A stretch of 64,000 nt of DNA, taken from the NCBI GenBank assembly GCA_046563655.1, contig CM102285.1, positions 13,392,001-13,456,000 on the forward strand, read 5' to 3'. This DNA comes from Yuukianura sp. NJ FZ-2021. Its lineage: Eukaryota. The position numbers were made by a program, and so were the translations under genes. Positions 14,345 to 26,500 of the stretch are shown here, one piece after another (position 1 is the stretch's first letter; each line of letters begins with the position of its first letter). The notes below the pieces were generated by a model that ran no database searches, was not told the DNA's origin, and saw only the letters and a list, made by a program, of their open reading frames with translations.

Positions 14345-17300
14345 ATCAGTTGAATTTCGTTTTTAGTTCTTTTCAGTGTTTTAGCCTAATTCAAGTCAGC
14401 CATGACCTTAACCTCAAAGGAGATGAAATGTTACACGTTTTTTGAATTTGAAATCAGTGCCAGCAGCTGCCTCCAGACTTAAATTTTGTGTTAATTAATC
14501 CCAGGGCGGGTTATTCAAAAATATTCAGTGAATTCGAATTTACTGAAGCCTCAAAAGATGTTCCTAGCCTTCTCTGGTTTCAAGACTGTTTTGAAATTGT
14601 AATTTGTAAGGGCTGGAATGATACTGGAGTGGGTTTGATCCTTAAGGACTTAAGTGTCCTTGGCTTCATTGACAGCAGACAGTCTAAGGGTCCCCCTTGG
14701 CTTGTCATGGGACAGAAATTAAAAGTTGGACGGACCCTTACAACCTTTCAATCAAGCCCTTCATTTTTCAATTCTTGATCAATCAATACATGGGACAAAG
14801 GATCTTCTTTCTAAATAGTAATCTTCTCCCAGGTGATAGTTTGCTTTTTCCCGCTGCTTCTGAACACCATGGTTAGGTTAACGTTAGGTTGGTTAGGCTT
14901 TGCATCAATAGGATCATAATTGATCTTGGGCTTTGGCACGTCTTGCTCCGTTGCACATAATAGGGCTAGGAAACTATTCTTTTGTCTTGTCGCGCACAGG
15001 ATTCAGGTGCTAGAAGCACAAACTGCTAAGGTTAGTACAAGTATGTGAGTGACATTAAAATTTCCGGTGTTCGTTTGAGGCCCTTTTCTTAGGGGGCCCT
15101 TTGTTCTTTCCTCAGGGGGATCCTCTTCCGCTATTGATTTGGTGTGAGGGTCCTCTTTAGTTTATTCCATCTGCACAATTTCTCATTTGCTAAGCAGGAG
15201 ATAGAAAAAATGTATTGGAAATAATACAATTCGGAAGCCTAAACCTTAAAATTTTGGAACAAAAAAGAAACTCATTGATTGAAACTATGGAAATCTGTTG
15301 GTGAAAGAAAGAAAATGAAATTTCAAATGAACCGAGAGAAATCATTATCATAATCGAGATCATTCAGTTTGTTCTTCCTCAATCGTTTGTATTAAAGATC
15401 TCCACGAGGAAGAGCCTTAAGGGGTCCAACGGACTTCAAATTTTTCTAAGGGCTCCTTTAGTTGCATCATCAACTCAAGTTTCGGTTGGTTCAGAAAAGT
15501 AAACTCTCGAAATTTTTGAAAAGGATCCATACTCTGTGTCAATATCGACTGACCTTGGTCACTTTAGTATCTTCTGGACACAACTAGCTTAACGTAACCT
15601 TGAAATTCAGCCTACCCTTGACCAAATCTAAGGAACTGTACAGATTAACTGCTATGCTGTTTACGTGCAATGCCAAGATTAAGGTTGTTAGTTTTTCTTA
15701 GAAAGATATTAAAGTTCCCACGCGGAGAACGATACCCGGGAGAGATTCAATTGGCTGTGCTTTTCCTATCTTCTTTTGAGTTATTAAAAGAAATCCCTTT
15801 GATTAGGTTCAGAAAGAAGGAAAGACGCGTGTAAGCGTCTCATGTTAGGTTAGTTAGGCTAAGGTTAGGTTTATGTGCTGCTTGGTCGTTGCATTATGAA
15901 TGAAATTCTCGCGGGAGTTTACCATGTCCTAACTTGTGGTTAATCTTATTTTCATTGACTCTCCTCCTCCGCCTCCTAATTTCCCAAGTACTTTTCTTTT
16001 CCTTTGGCTGCTGGGCTTCTGCCGCAGTGTGAGGAGATGAAATTGGTTAGGTTAGGCTTTCTCTGGAGAAAGTATGGGTCTAGTGGGAATTAAGGCAGAG
16101 GGCGATGAGTGCTCGTTTTAGTTGCCCCGCCAAAGTTCTAACAACTTTCTCAAATCTCCACCTTCTCAGCCTTGGAAGAAAGTAGAGATAGTTTGCCGCT
16201 AGGGTAGGAAATGGAGAACTTACTAATTGAATCAAAGATGAAACGGAAATTTTTACTTTCCCGGGGAATCAGGACTCGGCTTTCTTTCGCGGCGTGAAAA
16301 CAGATCAAAAGTCTCCCGGGCAGTGGCAGGAGAAAGGCGGTAAAAGTGAAAGTAAAAATCACCTTCACACGAAAAGTGCCCAATTCAATCCCAGATTCGC
16401 TTTCTTATTAGCCAACAAAAAAAAATTCAAAGTTCTTATGTAATGTTAACTATTTATCTCAGTTTTTCTTCTCCTTTCTCCTGCTAAATTTTCAGAATAG
16501 TCTCAACTTATCCATCAAATCGCATAAGGTTTGTTTATTTTATTATTTTTACAATGTTAAATTTTGTGGTCTGGTCTGTGACCTTTGACCTTTTTCGTTT
16601 TGCCTCATTTTTTGAAAATGCTTCGACATTATCTTCGGTATCTTTCCCCTTTCGACTGCAGCCGAGCAGTCTGGACCATCCGCATTCCTTTTGTAAAGAG
16701 CCAAAGACATAAAAGTTGAAAAGCATTTTCGGTTTCTGTTGTTCTCTGTTAAAAGATTCTCATGTCCCAAAGTCTTCAAAAGAAGAAACTCTCTCGGCCC
16801 TTTGTTGATTTTCTTCCAAGATGACTTGTGATCCCTGGAAACTGATTTGACCATTTCTCATTCATTCTTAAGAAGGCATTAATGGGTGGTTGTGTGGTAG
16901 ACAAACTCAGACTTTCAAAACAACAGCTAAATCTATGGTTTTTGAAACTATTGTTCCCTGTGGCCAGCATCTCTACGACAGTCTCAGCTGCAGATTCCTT
17001 TCCCATTATCTTTTCCAAGGTGAGAAAAGTCCGAGTCCAGAAGATCCCTACGCTTACTAAAGTTTGTTAGCCTAACATTTTTCCTTTAGGTTAGTTTTGT
17101 TTGACTCTCCATTGTTAAAAGTCTCTCTCTCGAGAAAGAGAGAGTCTTAATTCTTCAACTTTGGACTTTTGAGAATTGGTTTCATATTGATGGTGTGAGG
17201 AAAACCAAAAGTCAAATCGTTAAGACTTCTCATGATTTAAGAGACTGGGTGGTCCATGCACAGCCTCCTTAAGATCTTAAATAATTCCAACTTATGATTA

Positions 17301-20300
17301 TGTAAGAACCTCACACTCTCGAAGTTCTTCAGGTTAGGTTATACTTACTCCCTAAGTTTTTCAAGTTATGCTATACACTTTTCAAGTTCAAGTTACTTCC
17401 ATAGGTTGAATTAACCAAACTGACTTAAGGGAGCCCCACCCTACACACCCTTTAGCTTTTTGGTATTAGTATTTCTTGTTTTGAGAAATCAAATTTAAAT
17501 TCCAAATCAAAATTGACACATGACATGAGATTTCCGTTTGGAAGAACATGGAATTTTAAATTTCCAGAATAATTTTCCAGTACTACTTTTGATTGTAAGT
17601 AATTCTGTCTGTGTCTGGAAAAAAGAAGGGGAGAGCGAGAGATTCGATCAGGATCACGAACTAGTGTGGAAATGTTGTAATTATTTAATGGACCATCGTG
17701 TACAAAAGTCTGTTTCACTTTGAAGTATTTTTGTTCTAATTAAAATGAAACCATTGTTCTGAACAGTCGAGTTGAAAACAGGAGGAGGGTTGTTTTGAAT
17801 GTTTTGAATTTTGTACTTTTGAACAAGACAAGGGAAAGTGTGGAGAGCGATCAAAGTGTTTTCTGAATACACAATTCATTTTTTTAAATTGTTGATTATT
17901 CGTGTTCCTGCTGGTGTTTTTGTAACTACTCCAGAGGGAGAGAGATCAATTAATCAGTCACAGCTCCTAGGTGTTAATTACTTGACGCTTCTCCCTCCTC
18001 CTAATTGTGTTCATCTTCAAACAGAACTCAGGCCCCCCTGGTGTTGCTAATTTTCTGGGAAACAAAGGAAGGGCGAATAGGTAAAACCTAATGTAAAAAG
18101 TAAAACAATAGGGTAGGGAGAGGGTCTTAATGGATATGGTGACTGGAGCGTAGTGTAGTGAGTGATGGGGCTGTGGTTGAAGAATTATGACGCAAATGAA
18201 AGTTTGGCACGCAAGAGACGCTGTTGAAAAAATAGAAGGCTAAGGACATTATAAATTTTTGGGAAATTAAAAAATATGAACTAAACTCTTCATGAAAGTA
18301 ATTAGGAGGAGCACAACAACAGATTTATGATGATGGGAAATCATCACGCTCCACACGTCCGGGAGAAAAAAGTGTAATAAATTTTTTGGGAAAAAATTAT
18401 GAGGGGAAATTATTTCCCATGTGCAGAAAAAATAGGAACTCGGCGTTAAATTATTTCAAGTTTTTTTTTTACCAAAGAAGAAAAAATTCAGAATTGGCTC
18501 AAGTTTTTCAATTCACAAAAAAGCATTATATTTAATTGCAATTCCTTTAATTTTTTTGAAAGAGTTAATTGGATTTACGACTGAGAACTTTATGGTAATT
18601 AGGAAATTCCAGAACAAGGTTTTCTTTTTGTTTTTTTGAATAACCACAATCCAAGCACGCGTCTCTTTGTTTGCCGTAACATTTTAATTAATTTAGAATT
18701 GATTTGTTTCACCCACCAGCTACAAAAGGTTTCCCGCTTTTTTTGAAAATAGAAAATCTCCATTTCAAATTCCAACAGAGTGTGCTTTGCCATAAATTAA
18801 AATCCCCTCATGCCAAAACACTTTATATCCAACTCTGTTTTTTTCAAAAGATGAAGAGAAATCTGTGTAATTAAAACACCCTTCTCAATGGAACATTTCC
18901 TCTCTCTAACTTCGGTCTTTTTAAATTCTTTTTTAAATTGGTAATGAAAATCTCTATTCAATCCTCTCAGTTCAGTAGAACAAAAAAGAGGAAGAGGGGA
19001 TGTAAATGGCACCCTTCACTATTTTTCCAGTAGACGCTTAGAAAACAATAGAAACAAAAGAGAAGAAAGCAATTCTTTGTTCCGCCGGGAAAAAAATCGG
19101 AAGGAAGACTTTTTTTAATTAAAAGTACGTGTAGTCGCACTTTCATCAAAGCTTTTTTTCTTTGGTCGGATTAAATTTCCAAAACGGACAAAAAACGAAG
19201 AAAGAAAGAATTGTTTGTTCGAAGTTAAAAAAAAGAAGTGAAATCCAGATCTCAGTTTTCAGAATTTTCTCCCCTCGTGTATTTTTTTCGTTTTCGATTG
19301 AAGAAGCACAAGCACTGAATGAAAGCTGTCCATGAATATTCATGCTCAACTTCAATTTAAATTTTTTTTTAGTTGAATTAAGCTCTTGAAGCTTCTGCGG
19401 TGACAAAAAAATGAGCTGGTTGAATTAAGTCTTAAAGCTTAGTTTAGAAGAAAAAACCTGATGCACCCATTGGTTAATTAAAAATGAAAAGTAAAGGATA
19501 AAATTAATTGTTATGCCAAGGAATTTGAAACTTCAGGTTTTTCAAAAAATGAATACGTTTTTTAGATTAGGTTAGCTAAAAAGTGGTTTTTAGACAAAAG
19601 CGGAACGACTGAAAGTGAAATTGCGTTTTACATATGAGATTTTTGGCTTGTGCAAATGAAGACCTTATGAAAGATTGGATTGGAGGAGGGAGATGCTTTC
19701 TCTGCTTTCACTTTGGCCCAAATCAATTGAATCTCCCACACTTTCTCCCAGCCCAAAGTCCTCCATGTTTGAAATGCTGCGCATAATGTGCTTCCTTTCA
19801 TCTCCAGACTTTCTTCCTCCTTGTGCTAGGATGTAAATTCACCACTTTGTGTGCATTTCATTTCTTACGGTTAGGTTTAGGTAGAGGAGGAATATTGGAA
19901 TCCCTGTGAGAGGAAAGTACACAAAGGGAAAACGTCCGCATCTTCTGATTTCCTCATGATGGAAAAGGGGCTTGATAACACAAGGTAAACAAGATGGAGG
20001 ACGTAAAGTGAAGCCCATTAACAACTGCCTACGTTCCTATCCGCACCAAATCCCTCCGACATAGGCTCCATTATGAGTTCGATTCACTCACTCACTATTA
20101 CTACTGCTGCCAAATTCAAAATTCCTGTGGTGCTAAATTCACATTAGGTATTTAGAAACCGACGACACTGAAAGCTTTAACCTCATTCAAAAAAAGCAAC
20201 GAATTTCGATCCCGTTAAATTTTACTTTAACAACAGTTCCGTGGTACAGTATCCAGACGTACTAAAACTCACGAATATGCTAAACACACATTTCCAAAAA

Positions 20301-22942
20301 AAATCGGCTTTATTTTCTATTTTTTCCAACCTAAGTAAACAGTAATTTGGTTTTTGGCGGCGTATCCTAAAAAAAATCAATATTCACGCACAGAAGTGAG
20401 TCTGTGAATATTTTGAACTTTTCAGGGTTAACCTTAGCGAGAGAACTACGTTTTTCTTAAAAAGGAAACAAAAACGCCAAGCTTTTTAGTTGAACCAGGA
20501 GTTTTCTGGTTTTTGTAATGAAAACTCTCAAAATTTTGTTCTGGTTCGCCATTTGGAATTAAATTCAATTGCTGTTCAACAATAATTGCAGCAGCCGATT
20601 GCCAAATTGCAAATGGCCGATGAACTCTTCGTTTCTTTTGAGTCTGGTGCACCAGATTCAGTCTGTGTTTAATTGGTTCTTCCAATTGGAATTGCTGGGC
20701 GTGAACTCCTTCTCACCACCCTGACGCCATTTGCTCAAATTATAAACACTGACTCCGTACATTTGCTTACACAAAAAAGTTTTCGGGCACCAAAGCTGAT
20801 CTCGTTTTGAGCCAAAAACCGCAAAATAATTATTGATTTAAGAAGTTCCAAAAATTGAACCTGGAAAAATTTCCTGGACTAAAAACCACAAAGTACAGAC
20901 TGAATCTGATGAGCAAAGATGATGAAACTCATCATGTTGAATGTTGAATTTTGAAGATGATCTTTTTGTGTACACAGAGATGATCTTGTGTATCCAAGAG
21001 ATAATAAGTTGGAAGTGGTCATTCCCTCTTTGTGTAATTATTGAAAATTGGTTTTCTGTCTCCGAAATTTTTAAAAATTTCATCTCTCCTTCTTCTTTCT
21101 TGCGGTCGTGTCTGGGAATTGAACGATTAGTGTAAGGAATCTGCTAATTTCTGTAGGAATTGAACAGATTAGATCGTAGTGAGTATGAGATCAATGACAC
21201 TAGATGTTCTCCTCCCACATGAAATCAATGATCCCCTTTTGTCAATTATGTGCCGGTGTAGTGTGGTGAAGCCTAGGTTATTAGATGGGGCTGATGCGTC
21301 AATGAGAACCAAGAAATCAATCAAGAGGGAAATGACTCCAGAGGAAACATTCCTTTTGAAGTCGTGGTTTTGAGAGATCATTTGTTCAAAGATCTTAAGA
21401 GTCCTCCTAGGGCTAGGAATTGAGCATAGGATGATGGGAAAGTGGCTGTCCACTGAGGCGGTTCTAATTATTTCAAAGAAACTTCCATTCAAGTAGAGTG
21501 TCATTTTCAACAGTAATTTACGCCCATTATTTCTCTCAACTCCATTTTTTTAGTTTTGGGGAGAACAGAAGCAATCGGAAGTGGGAAATTACCTTGTCTT
21601 CGATTTAGAATTTTTTTTAAAGAACAAAGTAAAAAAAAAACGTTTGTTCAACTCTGCGCTTCACTAAGTTTTACAATTATGAACATAGAAAAAGAATTCA
21701 ACTTAAATCAATGTGTTGTGCCCAAACTTAGAACTAAAACTTCAACAAGTCTTTTTCTTATTTTCTAGAAATTTTGAAAAAAAAAAGTGACTAGCGATCA
21801 GATATGAGAAAGTTTTCGTCGCTTTAATTAAAAATCAACGAAAAAAAGAATAAAAATCAAATCTCATGCAATACTCGAGAGCTTCAAAGTTGAGATTGTG
21901 TAAAATCGAGGAATAAAACAATTTGGGTAGAAATTTTAACAACTACAAAGTAGAGTGAAAGTAATTAATTTTTCTAACTACGTTTTTCTTAAAGTTTTCG
22001 TTTTTTGTTTTGAAAGTGCAGATTTGCCAGTGTTGTTAAAGTTCGATTATTGAAAAGCTGGGAATTATTTAAGGGAATTTTTTGAATTGGATACTCTGAA
22101 TGAAATTTTTTGTTTTGAATTTTCGAAAATGTGAATGACAATTTTGGCTCGCGGGCTGAAACAATTAAGGGGAAACTTTATGAATGATTGTTTGAGGTGT
22201 AAATGACTTGGTAAGATGCCTCGTGGGTTTGTTCCTGTTTGGTGTTTGTTCTTGTGTTGATTGTTAATGACGATGATGAAGTTGGATCTTTGTAAAGTGT
22301 TAAGCAGGAAGAGGGGGATTTAAAAGGCTTTGTTTAATTGAAAGGAACCATAATTAGTTCTCATTCAAAAGAACCAGTATAGTGGCACAAGTGACACTTC
22401 CGCTTCCCAAGCCGCCAAAAAACACAACCACGCTTTGAATGTTTCAATTAAAACATTTCTTTTGACACTTTGTTCAATTTGACTATGAATAATGGCCTCT
22501 TTTTTAACTCTTCCTCCCAGAAGCCATTTTCGAAATGGCAATTATGAATTTAAAATTGTACTTTTTGTCTAAATTTGGTCACTTTTGAGCAGAAAAGAGA
22601 AAGTGTGAATCTTGGCGTTCATTAGCCTGCCTTTGTCTCCTTGTCCGCCGAAGTGTGAAACCTGTCCTTGAGGTGACAGATGAAAAAAAGTGTTTTCTTA
22701 ATTTTTTTTTGTCAAATTAAACTTTTAATTCATTCGGAAGATCATTTTTGTTCTTTTGAAAAGAAAATTTTGAATGTAGACAGTCCAAAGTTACTCGTGC
22801 AAACAAAATTCCGCACGAAATCCGTCCAGTTTTCAATGAATTAAAAATAAATGCATGCCATGTAATTACGTTACGAAAAAAGTTAAACCCTAGGGTAGTT
22901 TTGCAATTAAAATAATCGTGCGTTTTCTTTTATGAATTATAG

Positions 22943-23244
22943 GAAGCTGTGCGGTGACAGGAGAATCTGTCAAGTCAGTGGAAGAGACTACCCTGGGAAT
23001 ATTGGAATCACTAAACATATTTCCAAAGAACAAGGACCAGTCTAATCCTCAGACTAAATTATTTCCAGCCTCTCTGACTGATCGGACGTCATCACCTTCT
23101 CCTGGAATTCGATCTGAGATGGAATATGTTGTTCAAAAAATTGCTGCCTTGGCAAATAATACTGGTGAAAGTACCAGTTCCGTAGCAGCATCAGCAGCGC
23201 CTGCGTCGTCTCTGCGTGTCGGTAGCCCAAGGTCCTCTTCCTAG
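22943..23244 (+). CDS. Candidate late/terminal coding exon of an unidentified gene
   Basis: Pyrimidine tract plus TAG acceptor ending 22942, then an open frame (x)SCAVTGESVKSVEETTLGILESLNIFPK...GSPRSSS to TAG at 23242-23244. It may instead splice from an internal phase-1 GT to the acceptor ending 23578. No family recognised. Confidence 0.4.
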
Positions 23245-23460
23245 TCGTGTCGTTTGTGTAGTAAGATGCTAAAAAAGATAACTTTCCTTGTCAGTAGAAA
23301 TAATTTTGGCAATAATGCTAACCAATTGACGAGCTTTTCTTTCTCAAATCCAAGTTTAAGTAGGAAAGTAGTATGGTTAGGGTAGCGTTAGATTATGAAG
23401 GTAGAAGAAGTATTAGAAAAACTAGCATAATTTTGAAAAGAAATGTTCCTAACTTTGGTA

Positions 23461-23517
23461 AGGTCAAGGTCATCCTAGAAATCCTTGACTGACCTAAAGG
23501 TCTCAGGTCAAAGGTCA
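23461..23517. promoter_or_regulatory. Cluster of nuclear-receptor half-sites (DR0, TGACCT, DR1)
   Basis: AGGTCAAGGTCA 23461-23472, TGACCT 23490-23495, AGGTCA-A-AGGTCA 23505-23517. Confidence 0.4.
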
Positions 23518-26500
23518 AATGATAATGTAAGTGTCATAGTTAACTAAATTTAAGAAATAACTTTTATTTTATACGCAGGAAATGTATCTTCTGAATCTCG
23601 AGGATTAGGCAATGACGTTCCCCTCATGGATTCCTTATGGGGAAAGGTTGCAAGGATTTGGCGAGGCAGTCGGTAGGGTCCAAAGGTGTTACAGTTACTA
23701 CTAGTGTTAATTACTTAATTACTAATTAATAAGTTTTTAGTCTTAAGGATTGTGAAACCACGACAGCGCAAATAACTGCTCGTAAAACATGGTGTGTACA
23801 ATCTGGGCTTAAAATTTTGAAAAAGTTGGGACGTGCGTGTAAATGATTGAAAAATGGACCGGAGGTTGACGCAGACGCAAAAAGCGCAAAAATCTGGAGA
23901 CTAAACTTAACTGATCTCCATCAATCACAAACACAATCACAAAACAATGAACAAATGTTTTAGAGAGAAAAAAAATTCCAACTCCAAAAAATGTTTCAAA
24001 CCTCGCACTTTTCTGAGCAAAAATTCAATTAACAAAATCTAAAGTTTCTGAAATTTCAAAAACCCAATGGGGGAAGACTTACAAAGTCGATTGTGTACAT
24101 ACAATTTTCAAAAAATGGGAAGGAAGAAAGCAATTGTCACAACAATCGCTTTAGACGCGAAAAAGTTCTAAATTTTATCATCCAGTTTTAGCTAAAGTTT
24201 AAAAAATTAAAGTTTGTTTTCGTTTTAATTTTCAAAAAGCGGCGCTGCTCAATAGGAGGACTACACTTTCTCCACAAAGGCGTTCTGCTGCTTATGAATT
24301 TCCCCAAGTACCCCTGGTCCCACCCGGTGGCACAGCATCTTGTCCAAGGGACCTCATCAAAGGGAGTTTACTTGGGTGAACATTCATTTCTTTTCACTAA
24401 TTAACTAACTCTCCAACCTAAAACTTAACTAACTTGTAATTAACTAAAATTGTCACTTCTTTAGGAATTTTTAGCAAAACGTATATAAATTCATTCATTC
24501 CAAGGTTCCTATCTCACAGGTAAACGTACGGTTCCTGTTTGCAACTAACTAAAAAGTTAAGGCTAACTAAAAATTTAAAGTATAAAAATGAGGAAATGAA
24601 AAAAAGGCAAATTTGTTTCTCTAAACCTTGCAAATCTACAAAAAACCGGATTTCTGTAAAATTTTTGAAATATTATGAAAAAAAAAGAAAGTCAAAGTAG
24701 TGTGAGTTATGGTTGTTTCATTGGTTCTGGAAAGGCAAAGGACCGAGGCAGTCTTTTGCCATTTCAAATTTTTTCCCGTTGACCCCCATGACCCCAGCAA
24801 AAGCTTTAAACACCAAAACTTTCGAAAAAGCTGAATTTGTACTTTTTTGAGTTTACAAGAACATGCGGATTGTTTTGTTTTCGTTTTTGAACGTTTTCTG
24901 TTTCGAAAACAAGTAAAAACCAAAGCCTCGTAAAAAAGTTCCTATGATGAAAAGCGCGCCTGAACTACCACTTCGGGCCTACACAATCGTATACACAATG
25001 CATATTATTTATTGAGGAAAGTTATTAATTAGAAACGTATTTAACTAACTTTAGTAAATTGAGGTAATGAAACAAACTTAATACTGTACTTTTCATAATT
25101 AGTGTTGTTTCTTTAATTAATAATGTAATGTACAACGGTGGTTGTTAAGGCGGGAGAGTATGAGGGGAAAATGGTGGCTGAACAGTTTTTGGTTTTGGTT
25201 TATTCAGAAATGGCTTCCTACATTGTTAATTAATTTACACAAATTTTTATAATATGTTTCGTAATTGACATTCTTAATTTAACCACCAACTTTATATTTA
25301 ATAGTGATTCGGTTTAATTTATCTAAAAATTTCGTTTCTAGTATAATTTCTCTTGAATGATTATGGTTTGCAACCATAATTCCTATAAACTTTCTACTGG
25401 AGTATGAACAGCATCATTGTAAAAACTATGAAGGGAAAAGTGAATAACATAAGCAGTTAATAAATTCGTTAATTTTGTCTTGATGGAAATATCACGAATG
25501 CTGTGTAGTCTCCAGATTTTTGTGCTTTTAGTTGCATGAGGGGTGATGTGTTGCGAATAATTCAAAATGGGAGCAAAATTTTTATGCTTTTTAGTACCAG
25601 TTTATTTATTTATGTTTATTTTTTTCTTGTTTTTCTTTTATTTTTTAGATTTTGATGTTGATTTTGATTAAGCCTAAAAGAATCAAGTAAAATCAGGAAT
25701 TGGAGACATGGACAAGGATCGTTTGAAGAGCATGAAGGGAGATGAAGAAGTCGGAATGATTTTTCTTGTCCTACCGAGACTCAACTGCGCCTTCGGGATT
25801 CGGATCATTCGTCCCAAAGGACTCACAAACGAAGACTCATCCGCATCCAATTCTACCCGCATTTTTTAGAAGACCGGGGTATCATCCAGGCCAGGTCACC
25901 CCAACCACCCCGGAACTCAAACCAGGTTTTTTCTTTATATTATATCTTCGGCATAGCTTTTTCTTCTTCTCATTATTACTTCCATCGACCATTATCCCAT
26001 TCCCCAAACATTCATAACTGAAAAGGACAGATTTCATTTCCAACCCTTTTTTAAACTTTCCCTCAAGTTCCATTTTCCTTGTCCTTCCTATTACAAACTG
26101 CGCAGGAAGAAAGAAAAACTTCAAAAAACGCTGTTATACATTTTGCATTGAATTTCCTTTTTTTTTTTGCTTTGCGAATTGTATCAAATTTGACGCTACG
26201 ACAAGTGTGGAATTTGTACAATTTCCCTGCTCCTGCCATATCCCTCCCCCCATAAGCCCCCATTCCTTTCTCTCCAAGGAAAGTATTTATTTTCACATTT
26301 GAAAAAGGAAATTGAAATTCCCAAAGAAATGGGCGTGGATGGGCCAAGTAACATTTAATTTATCGCGTGTTTTACTGCTTCCACTGGAAGTGCAGACACT
26401 TTCACTCGCACAATTGACGTGTGAATTGAAATAAGCAACAAAAATTCAATAACAAAATGGCCTCTGAAATGAAAAAAATGTAACAAAAAATTAATAACCG

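Noticed and set aside
14146..16056. Degenerate TTAGG/CCTAA runs (also near 42810-42850)
   Set aside because: Only a few imperfect units each; not an interstitial telomere array; used only as a weak taxonomic hint.
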